From NCBI GenBank assembly GCA_002633005.1, contig NMRA01000419.1:138083-202082 (forward strand): a stretch of DNA of 64,000 bases, given 5' to 3'. The DNA comes from Phoronis australis (Eukaryota; Animalia; Phoronida). The position numbers were made by a program, and so were the translations under genes. This document shows positions 13,801 to 25,800 of this stretch, one piece after another; the first letter of the stretch is position 1, and each line of letters begins with the position of its first letter. The notes below the pieces were generated by a model. The model saw only the letters and a program-made list of their open reading frames with translations, searched no databases and was not told the origin of the DNA.

Positions 13801-16800
13801 ATTAATACAATCAAAAGTAGTTTGCTTATGTGACTTTGTGTGGTTTGATTAAATTCCATAGATTTTTGAAATTATTTTCATAAGTGTGCTGCTAGTATGG
13901 AGAATCTCCAACATTTAGTGAGGTCACTATGATCATGCACTTGGATATCCATATGCATGTCATTGCCGATCATCCATGATTTGCCTTACAACTACAGTAT
14001 CATGGTTATCAAACCTAACCATTTGCTTAGACAATTTTTAAACCCAACACCTAAAGCACAACCTGAAATATTCAAATGACATCTGTATTATGACTTTAGA
14101 AAACATCTGATTGCCTAAGGAATAGAAATGCAATAAAGACTTACAGAGTGTACGTGTTCGTTCATTTTGCTTGACGTACAAGTTGTTGATTACATTGCTG
14201 AATGTGTTTTCGTCATACATGTGACTAGACTGCTGAAAAAAGTCACGATTACCATTGCAGTGCTAAAACTTTAGTCTCACCAGCATGTTCTTGTTGTAAA
14301 CTTGTAAAAAACTAAGAACAAATCTTTTCTTGGGTTTAAAACAAACAAATAACTCAAACCCTGACAACAACCTTGTCACGCACGTAACAACCCCACACCT
14401 CATCGCATTTTTAAAACTTGTGCATATATAGTCAGTGTCTGATCTACGTTTTCAGTTTAGGATTCGCGCCTTGCGCGAAAGCGAGGCACGTAGCGCTGAG
14501 CGGGGGACGTCGTGTAAAACAATATTTTTTTTTTGTTTTCGTAGTCAAATAGTGCAATTTCTATGCATCCTCGCGAGTTTGTGGCAGGTAACGTGTCTTT
14601 GGAGTTTTCCTTAATCCTCTCGATTTCGTCACATGAACTAGGCTCAAACGTTCCGTAAAACCATATTAATTTTGTGCACACCTGGGTATGAGTCATGCCA
14701 CCAGCAAAATATAGTTGGAACATCTGTCTGCACACACCGGTTTTAGCATACGAAAATTCGTATACGAAAAAGTGTAGTGTGCATACAGCTGTTTAGACAA
14801 CTAATAAATATTCATGATCGAGTACCAGTGGCCATGTAAAAGTCCAGGGCTTGAATATTAGATGATCGCGTGACAGCATCCTCAAGTTGTTTAAGAACGA
14901 AGACCGACACTGTTACGTCCGCAAATAAACATGTGTTCTATCTCGTTACGAGAAAAAACTGACGAACGATGGTGATCTCAGCTCATTGCCTGTTATTAAA
15001 AGCGACAATAAACACTTAAGTTTCACTTTATTAAGCTGAATCACGTTGACTGTTGGGTTACTGCATGACTCAACAATTGAAAAACGCCAAATGTACCAGG
15101 AAACAAATCACCTGAAAACATTTTCACGAAACCAAAACATACTTTACACCGTGTCGATAAGATATGCAAGACCAGTTTGCCGAGGGACCAAATGTACACT
15201 GAGAGTCAATATCTTTACAGATAACCTGGCCTGGTCCGTCATGAGGCCAAACGTACACCTGTGCTCGTTATCCCTATAAAATAGTCGATCTGTAGCGTGA
15301 CCAAACAGTACCTACTGTACACTGTTGTAAAAAGGTATCACAAGACTAGTTCGTCGAGGGTCCAGAAGTACACTGAGAGTCAATCTCTACACAAATAATC
15401 TGTCCTGGTCCGCCGAGAGACAAAAAGTTCGCTATGCTAAGTATCTATAAAAATACTAGAACTGTCGCGAAACCAAAAAGTACTGACTACTCAATAGATA
15501 GCTTTACGGAGCACACTGTGGTAAAAATATTACCAGTTCGCCGGGAGAGTCAATAGCTACACAAATAAACTGGCCTGGTCAGTCGCGAGACTTAAAGTAC
15601 ACTATGCCAAAAGCCTGAATTGAAAACTGCTCCCGAGATTATTTTTAATCCCCAGTGGCTACTCATACATCTATTTATACATCTTGCCGTTAATCATTCA
15701 CAAAACTTGGCGCACTTTCACTCAAACAAGAAAAACTTGCAAAACACACGCCTTGGATAAAGCGCTTGACATGTCTAGTCTTTTCGTTGTTTCGTAATGC
15801 ATGGCCATCAGTGATAACCCAGCAAGCCTTTCCTCAGACATAGTAGCCCTCAAGTGTGTGTTCACACGCCTGAACAGAGAAAGTAATCTCTCAGCCTCAC
15901 AGGATCCAATAGGGGATAGACATCCAATTACTAATAGCTCTCTGACGTTTGGGAAGATGTCGCCGTCTGCGTGCTTGAGTGTGGAACGCAAGTTATCTGG
16001 CAATTCCTCTCGACTTTGAGCATTCCAGAAGGACCGCCATCGTCGGAGTTATTGCTGAAATGAGAGCAAAAGATATTAATCCTTTTTATGTTTCGATATT
16101 GTATAGGGCAATCGAAATTTAACAGAGGACACAACGTGTTACTCAAAATGCCGATAGTCAGAAGGGAGTCAGTCACCTTCAAGAATCTGGTGATGGCAAA
16201 TCTATGTCCCAGAAATGCAGCCGATCCTCCAGTGAGCTTACGTCTACATCCCTCATCCTGCTAAGCACTAATGGCACAAGAAATGACAGCTTCCACCTGC
16301 CCGTTGCATTTCGAAAACCTGGTGGTCAACTGATGTGAGAGGTTGTCTAGGAAGGGTATTCCCACTGTTCTTCTGAAGTATAGGTACTTACTGGAACAAA
16401 CAAGCATTGACTACAAATTTAACTATGCTCTACGTGAATTAGATTTAGGTTATGAAGCAGATAAAGGGCCAAGTGGAAATACAAACTAGAACCAGTTTCT
16501 GTGTGCTCGCAGACCCTGTGCTTTAATGGGTAATGTACGAAAATAAGTTCTATATCGTTTCCGTTGTACACAAGCATAAAAGAAAAAAATATGTCAGAAA
16601 ACCAACATTATGTACAAACTGTGTAGAATTATAATTTATTACCTGGGTGTTTCGGCAGGAAAGTTAGCCCTATGCTTCTGTCTTCTGGACTGCCGAGGAA
16701 TCTGTATATTGGATCCAATGGTTTGCGCGTCTTGTAACCATTCAACACAGACATCTTCGATGTTTGTTTCCAATGCTTGCACTTCGTCGACTGCTGTATC

Positions 16801-19800
16801 AATGAGCGTGTAAGCCACTACAATGTCAGAACCTCGTTTGGCAGCTTGACACTAAGCCCCTTGAGGTTGTCAAATCCATTCAAAAGAGTTACAAGCACAA
16901 CTATATTTGCTTCAAACATTGCGCTTTTGTCAAAGACGATGTATCCCAACATCAATTTCCATCTGTTGCGTTTTTCGGGACAAACGTCCCAATGTCTGAA
17001 CACTTTAAACCCGAAGTTGTAACACCAAATAAACGCCCATAGGCATGGGCGTTTCATCGGGTGGGCCTTTCTGCGGAAATTCCCAGTATAGAAGATGGTC
17101 AGTGCTGAGGTCTAAAGTGTTTGGCTACTTCATAAATGTCGATGGAAGCTTCCACTCCGCGCGACTTGACGATGAGCCACGATAACTCGAAATGCGTTGC
17201 TTTTCGTGGTTGCAGAAAATCACAACGCAAAGAAATTATATTTTCAGGGTAAACCCCCCTCAATTTTTCGAAGTGGATTACTTGGGCTTACACACGCTGA
17301 CAGTGCCGTTTTTGTTATGCTGGCGATGTTTTGCATTTTTATTTTTGATCCTGTCCCAAGGGGGGTAAACCCCCTGAACCCCCATAGATCCAGCACTGTC
17401 ACTGCCGCAGTGTAAATAATGCAATTTAAATTCAACTGTGGGGGTACAGATGAGCAACGCACTATTACAAATTGCGCTCTGTAAAGTTGATATGACCGGA
17501 AACTATACCCATGTCGAAGAAATGACTACATCCGGTTAGAAGAGGGTACTTCTCCTCAGTGAATCTTCACTAAAGGGGTAACAGCTAAGGCTACACCCGA
17601 CACTGGATTCGCCTACATTTACATACTACTAGTAGTAGACGTATTTAAGCCATCAAAATATCATGAAAAGGGTTTCGGTAGGTGTCGCAAGTTTTTCTGA
17701 CGGCGAACTAGAAAAGGTGCATGACCTTTCTCCGGCAACTTTTCACTGGAATTCTAATGACTATCGGACCACCTCCACCTGAGCAAACCTGCCACATATT
17801 CATTTGCGAACACGGGTATGCCCGTGCAGCATGGCTCCCACGAAAATTGTTTTAATTTGTTTAACTTTTCAAATAGCCTCCGTGATCCCGATCGATGCGG
17901 ATCCTTAGGTGAATCTGATTACCACCGACCCGCTCGGATATACATTTCCTTGACAATGTAAAATGTGCTTACAAAGGCGGGTCGATGATGTACGTCCATG
18001 AGGTTTCTTGAGGAAAGTTTTGGAGCGTCTCTCAATAAGGGGGCGTTACCTGCACAAAAACACTTTCCATAGCCTATTTGTCCGACGACCCATGTGTGTA
18101 CGTGACACCTTTCGTTTCCATGTCTTCTCATGACGGTACCCCAGCCCAAGCCTTGTGGAGCCAGTTTAGGCTTCGGGAGGCCGTATTTGTTTGTCGTTGT
18201 AATAATCAGAATTTGCCGTACTATGTAACATGTTCCTTCAGTTATGAAGTATGTATGGTAGTGCTGAGCCGTGTTCTCATTTCCTATAATAACCTGCAAA
18301 CCAAAATTGGAAATAGATTTAAACTTGACTTGAATCAGAATATGAATCTGCTCTGACAGAACAGCGATAACATATTATAGTCTTTTTTTGAAATTGCACA
18401 AGCTCGTGCAGATGCCTGGCGACACATTCGCACGCAGCGGCCCACAGCGAGTCTAGTTAGAGCATAAATCTACTTCATATTGGACCGATGTCAATATCTT
18501 TATCGTTAGGTATTTTTGTATAATTAAAAAAACTCCCTCTGGTTATTACATGTATGTGCTCACGCTCCTGTTGCATCTAACACGAAGCAAGCCCCCCTGC
18601 ATATCTCAGGAAAAGTGACATAATGAAAGATTTTTTAAATGTCAGAAATTTCGCCGTAATGATTACGCCACAAAACATTTGTGAAAAGTTATTGATTCCC
18701 ATTGCTACATCATACATAGTTCCTAAGAAGATACCCGAAATTGTAAAACTGTGAAGTTCTAACAAATGGATTGGAAGCACCTTTATTTAGTAATTTGGAA
18801 GTGGGAAGGCAAGACCAATTTTCTTTAGTTACTGTTCAACAAACTATGCTTTCGTTTGCTCGTAACGCCTCTTTTCTTAGTCTCACTTCCTTTCCATACA
18901 TAACGGAAGGTCTGTGTTTTTGGTTATGAAGGCAAGTGTCATATACCAAGGACCACGGAATAAGCTTGTAGTCCAGTCATTCTGAGCCGCCAGAGGGTTA
19001 AGCTAGAAAAAACGCAAGAGAAGGCGTTTTTCAGAAATTGTATCTACCATCACACCATAGATCGAGAATAAAGTCCACAGAAATCGGAGTAGGGAAAGTT
19101 GTAATTTCCATAAAAGGGCCACCAAAACCGTGTTCTCTGGAATATTACTCCGATGCAACAGCTACAAATATATTAATAAAGTGTAAAATTGATTACATTC
19201 TTCTGAACGGCATGCCAACCGATTGTTAATATCAAACACCCACAGCCTGAGACCAACATGGCTGACAAAATGGCGGATGAAAAGGCAATTCCGAATATGT
19301 ATTGCTGCGGGAAGGGTTATCTACAGGTCAAGGTGGGCTTGCAGACGAGTCCACGGTTTCGAGGCATGCATATCTATTTCGTTGCGTGGCGTGTTACAAT
19401 AACGGTAATCATACAAGAGGCACGCAGATGTTTTTTTACAGCCGAGGACGTATACACCAAAGATTTGTAATACAAAATCTGTGAATAAGACGAGACCACG
19501 CATTCAGAACTTCTTCTTATTAGCAGTTTTTTGGTGGGCAATGTTGAAAAACGACGGAAATCGTGCCCACAGCTAGGGGGACGCAATAAGATTCAACGGA
19601 ACAGTAGACACAGAAACGTTACCATGCAATTCTTAATCGAGACAACACATCTCTGCGTTCTGATGTTGCAAGATTATTATCAGGATACCAAACCCACAAA
19701 TTAGAAACGACTTAATTATCCAATTCTCTGAAAAATAATGCTTTGTAGCCCCGTACAAGCCTCAAAAGTGGAAGTCTGTTCAACGGGTAAGCGTGACCTA

Positions 19801-22800
19801 CGTTACTCGGCGAAAGACCACCCACCAAGAACCATAATAGCCCCTCTCTGGCACAGGGAGTGTGAGTTCTTAACCGATTCATGCTTTTATCCTGCAAGAT
19901 TTACGCCAATGATGCATTAGCAAATGACAGAAGTATCATTTTGTGATTTGGAGGTCGTCACTACAGCTAAACAAAACGAGACTCAAAGGATTTTTAACCT
20001 GACTGAAAACATGCCACGTCGCTTGAATCAAGGAGACAGGTACCTTTGACCTGAAAACATGCCACGTCGCTTGAATCACGGAGACAGGTACCTTTGACCT
20101 GAAAACATGCCACGTCGCTTGAATCAAGGAGACAGGTACCTTTGACCTGAAANNNNNNNNNNNNNNNNNNNNNNNNNNNNNNNNNNNNNTTCTTTGTTGC
20201 ATTATAGTAACTGGTCTTGGCTAATTATCATTTTATGGCCTGGTCATCCATTCAGCCCAAAGTAGTTCCAGAGGTGGCTTATCAGCCAATTATTCACGCA
20301 TGCTGACTCACAATAGAAGCCTGATAAGAGTGAAGGTGGATAAATGCGGTGTTCCTACAGTTTCTTGTTTTAGTGGATGTGTTCACGACATGGACGCAAT
20401 AAGATTCAACGGAACAGTAGACACAGAAACGTTACCATGCAATTCTTAATCGAGACAACACATCTCTGCGTTCTGATGTTGCAAGATTATTATCAGGATA
20501 CCAAACCCACAAATTAGAAACGACTTAATTATCCAATTCTCTGAAAAATAATGCTTTGTAGCCCCGTACAAGCCTCAAAAGTGGAAGTCTGTTCAACGGG
20601 TAAGCGTGACCTACGTTACTCGGCGAAAGACCACCCACCAAGAACCATAATAGCCCCTCTCTGGCACAGGGAGTGTGAGTTCTTAACCGATTCATGCTTT
20701 TATCCTGCAAGATTTACGCCAATGATGCATTAGCAAATGACAGAAGTATCATTTTGTGATTTGGAGGTCGTCACTACAGCTAAACAAAACGAGACTCAAA
20801 GGATTTTTAACCTGACTGAAAACATGCCACGTCGCTTGAATCAAGGAGACAGGTACCTTTGACCTGAAAACATGCCACGTCGCTTGAATCACGGAGACAG
20901 GTACCTTTGACCTGAAAACATGCCACGTCGCTTGAATCAAGGAGACAGGTACCTTTGACCTGAAAACATGCCACGTCGCTTGAATCAAGGAGACAGGTAC
21001 CTTTGACCTGAAAACATGCCACGTCACTTGAATCAAGGAGACAGGTACCTTTAAGCTAAGACAATGCTCTAAATATTTCTGTGGGACGGTATTATGACTG
21101 CAGATTAAATAATGTGGTTTCGATGAACTACTGACTTACATAGGTAAACGTTTTTCATTCGTGTCCTACGCTACGAAACGCACCCTCGGTAATTCACTGT
21201 TGGGAGCTACTAGGCATACGGAAAGTGGTTGCAAAAACTGAGTGGTGCTTTAGACCGAAAAAATATGCTATGTGTGGTCCAATTTTTAAAAACAACCTAC
21301 GTCAGAATACAGTTTGTCGCCAACATGCCTCAGCGGAGTCAGTTTTCTAGTGTTTGAACCTCTGGGATGAAGATGGAAATAACAAGCAGGATTAAATGTC
21401 CCCAGTCGTGGATTTAGGGGGGGGGCAAAGGGGGACATGCCCCCACCCCCTAAAATTCTCCCAGATACCATTTGGCAGTTCGGGGTGCGAATTGCTGACT
21501 AGCATATGGCGCACCCAGCGGGGCTCGGGGAGCGAATGCACAATACATAGACCTTGAACAAACCCGTCAACTGGTAATAAGGTTCACAAACCCAAAAATT
21601 CGAGACCCCTGCATCCCTACATTTTAGGCTGGGCGCGCGCATGTGGCGAAGTTCTGGTTATTTTTGTGCCCTGGCATCCCCCCTAATTCAAAGTCCTGGA
21701 TCCGCCCCTGGTCCCTAACGATCTCCGGCAATGCACTCCGCCCAATTTTCGATGTAATCCTTATTCCTTAGAGCATTGAAGACCTACCGTATTCGCCTCA
21801 AATTCTTTTATTACGCTGTCTGTGTGCGCTAAGGAACATAACCGTCTTTCGCCTAAACTTTTGAAAAGTCGAAATTTTCTAATAAGTAGGTATCTCGCTT
21901 TCCATTGTCTTTTAATTTCTGGCTTGACTATTTTCTTGAAGTCTGTTTTCGAGAGTCGGAATAGCTCACAAGTCTCTGGAAATTAAAGGATATTCAGTGT
22001 TGTTGTCCGATAACTATTAGCTTGAGATGTCAAAGGGTTTCACCTTAATTGAAAATGTTTGCAAAAATATCCTGAAAAAGAGTACCAGCAAATTGTTCTC
22101 ATTACTGGAAAATAATAGCGTTTTCTCATCGATTCCGGGGTTGTCCAAGGTTGTTTACCAAGACATCAAAGAAGGGAAATGTCAAGGTTGATGCTCATCA
22201 AAAAAGTGTTGTCACCAGGCGCAATACGGGGCCAGGATCTAATTTTTTAAATGAAATCGAATTCGACATTATTGTTGAGATTTATCCTTTTACTTTGGTA
22301 TTTGCTCAAGGAATGTTGAGTGTATCCCCTAGGCAGACTGCTGCGGTGTTATCTTAGATTGCTCCTGATGACACCAACATTAAAGTTATAATTTCGAGTC
22401 TGTACCCAAAATTTCCAGCTTTTCTTTGAGATTGTACAGTGTAGTTCCAATCCAAAGGTAATCAATTGGGCACCTAAACAGGGATTTGCGTAATCCACAG
22501 ACTAATATTCGAAAGCTTAGAATAGTGGATAATTATCTTGACTTCGTATTAAGAGAAACGGAAAATGTCAACTATGTTTTCAAGTTCAATTACGAGGAAA
22601 AAGCTTAAATCCCAGCTCAACATCGCCGCAGGCCTGCTTACAGGCTTTGGGCTGGAGACAACATCAGCATAGTTGGTCGAATCACTGCTAGTTCCCGGAA
22701 TTGCACGCTATGGGTGTACATGTACGTTCGGAGGAACGGGCGACAGTAAATGAAGGGTTTCCAGTCATTGTAGAGGTTACAGCTCGTGAGGCTTCTCGCA

Positions 22801-25800
22801 TCAAAAATGCACTTCTCGGGGGTGGCGACGGGCACTACCGGGAATAAACAGCGAAGGTGTGGCACCATTTTCCAGGCGTTGTTTTGCAAGAACCTTCATC
22901 AATCCGGCGTACATATCTGTTTCGTAATCCGAAGGCAGAAAATATTGCCACACACTCGATAATTCTCTGCTGCTCTGTACGTTTCGTGGGCGGGTAAACT
23001 ACGTTCTGCACACGAACGAGCCAAGTATGGCGGAGTGTGTCATCTTTCGGAAAGGATGTAATGACATACCCAAAGTGCGCGTAAGACGACAATTAGTACA
23101 ACCCGGCACGCAGCAACCGTACGGTATGTTGACTGACTGGTAAACAAACTGAACACAAACGAGGTAAAACAATGGCTGACTCGACAGCTCACACAGTCAG
23201 ACTATCATATATGAAAACGAAATGGCACGAAATTGTTAACCCCCTAAACGTCACTTCCGGAGTAGAGCGCGCCTAATATTAGAATGACGGGAAGTTGTAA
23301 TAAACTAAGAATATGTCTGGGATAATCAACGAACCCAATTTTTACTAAAAATGACGGAAAAGGTTGCCTTCTCCTTTAACCCGCCGAAGCCGTATACATG
23401 TAGTATGGCGCGGCCGTCACATGAATACCAGTTGTTTTATTGCAAATAATTTACAATTCAAAAACGGGGACACGTTGCTCAGGAAAGCAAAAAAACTATG
23501 ACGGAAATTGTTTTGGACATGATTTGTATCAACTTGAAGTTTAATGGTCGCGTGGGCTCAGTGTTTTGAAAACCTTAAAAGTAGTGAATTTTTATAGTCC
23601 CGCTGACAATAAGTCGTAAAGGTAAAACACAAGCGGGGCAATTGGGGCGAGAAATTGTCGCTTATGGATCAGAAAGAGTAAATTGCACTCCATAATTCAA
23701 CATTTCAGGCTTGCAGACCAATCATACCACTGGCCGCCATTTTGATAGTGTAAACTACTATGGCATGCAAACGCGCATGCTCACAAACCACTCGACTTTC
23801 ATTTGCGTAATTTTGAGTAATCTTGGTTTCCTCACAAATGCCTTGCGTTAAGGTAAAGCATCCCTGTTCCGTTTTCGCTCTTCTAAGCAAGCGCAGCGTC
23901 GCAGAATGCACACCTGGTGTATTAGCTAATGGAAGTTTAATCAGGAGACCACGTGACTCCCTCAAGTTGCCACTAACCTTTGATGGAGTATGTCGACTTA
24001 TAAGTGGACTTTTTCATTATTGGTACGTCACCAATTGTATTGCCAGGTCCAACCTCAGTGATCCTGAAGCAAACGTCATGTTCTTCGTCGTAGTCCCCAA
24101 CATGGACTGAAACCATAGACAACAGAACGTTAAATGAATTTTCCAATTCTCCAAAACGGTGTCCATTGACAGATATTTTTGGTTAACTTTGCTGGACCCG
24201 AGTTGTCGCTGATAAAATTCAAAGTAAACCGAGCTTTTGTCAGTAAAAATACGTACAAATTTCACAGAATATCCATCTAGGAACTTGATGTGCATCACTA
24301 TTTACAATACAATAATTTTTCAGCCATGCACTTCCCAATAGTAACTCATATGACAATTTTCTTAATGATCGTTAGTTTTTTGATAGACAAAGAGAAGGAA
24401 GCCAACTGAAACAACAGACTAGAAAATAATAAAAATGGTCATTGAGGAGTACAGACAGTCCAATCCATCCGACAATGAGAACATTTTGAGTAAACTGAGC
24501 CCAAGAAATTTGACCTGTGCTACAAGGATACAGAAGGGCCGTCATTTTCAGAGCACATCCCTGTACCCTATGACACAGCGCCACTTACACTGAAAAAGGT
24601 TCCATGGAAACTTAATGAAGAACAAACAGAATTCCGTGTGTGCGCGCATCAATGCACATGCCTTGTAAGGAAGTATAACGATCACAGCGACACCCCTTGC
24701 ACAGGCTGAACCTGGATGGGGGTTCCTCTGATTTTGTTTACTTTTATCACTGCCCGTTTTAATAAATTGTAATAGTAAACTGAAATGAGTTTCCCAGATT
24801 TTAACCAATGAGAAGCCATTTCGTAGCACTGTGAAAGATTGATTGTACACATTTTTATTGAATTTTGGTTTCTTGGCGCCAAACCCGGTACCCTTTAGAC
24901 AAGGGGATATTGACAAAAATCCGGTGAGTAATGACAAATTTTAACCTATATTTTTGGAGTTTAGAGTAAAAGAGCATTCGAATGACGGTCTCTTTTTTGC
25001 AACGGGGCAGTCGTGATTTTAGGTAAAAAAGATTAAATTCGAACTGTTTTGGTCAGTTTTGGCATCTCTATTTTCTCACTATGGATGTAGCAGGGTTTTG
25101 ATGAATTTCTCCATTTTTGTGAAACCCCATAGAGTGCACTGGTTATGCCTTTCTCACGTGTCAGCTACAGCTGCGCAAAAGGGGCTAATTGATCAACACA
25201 GACCAGTAATAAGGTCAAAATCAGCCACCGGTACTGTGGTCTTAGTCCCTAACAAAGCAAAATTGGGTAGCCAGTGTTGTGTCTTACCCTGACCACGTTG
25301 GCTCACTACACCAGTAAGTGGTTGGTCGGTGAGATTGGAATGTTGACTTATATGATCACAGTTTACTAGCGTTTTCCGTTCCATAACCCGCGAAGAATCT
25401 CGCCACAAGTGTGTGAGTGATGTCTCGGGCGTATGGAACGCAACCCAGACAGTCGTACAGATGAAGGTACGTATAAAATGCGTAGGTACATGTGCACTCG
25501 CTGGTACACAATTTACACTTTAAAGCGACATCATGGGCGGCGCAGCTCCCCCCTACGGTGCACCCCCCCATACAGATCATGCGGAGCGGCACATGAAAAA
25601 AGTGGGGGGCTTTAGCCCCCAGCCCCCTATGATGCGCCGCCCATGGACATCAGCTGGTAGGAGACCTAATGCAATGCTGTGCCTGGAGAGTTATGGTTTT
25701 GTTGAGACTACCCTGTCTATAGGCCTGCATAATTACATGCAAGTTATGTCTTGACCCGATCGACGACTTGACCGATGCCCAAAAAATATGTTAAGAAATT

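Noticed and set aside
18982-19001. piggyBac-like end (…CAGAGGG TTAA)
   Set aside because: No matching opposite terminus was found.
19990-21050. 48-bp repeats (and other arrays) as CRISPR
   Set aside because: Head-to-tail units without unique spacers, no cas genes, eukaryotic context.
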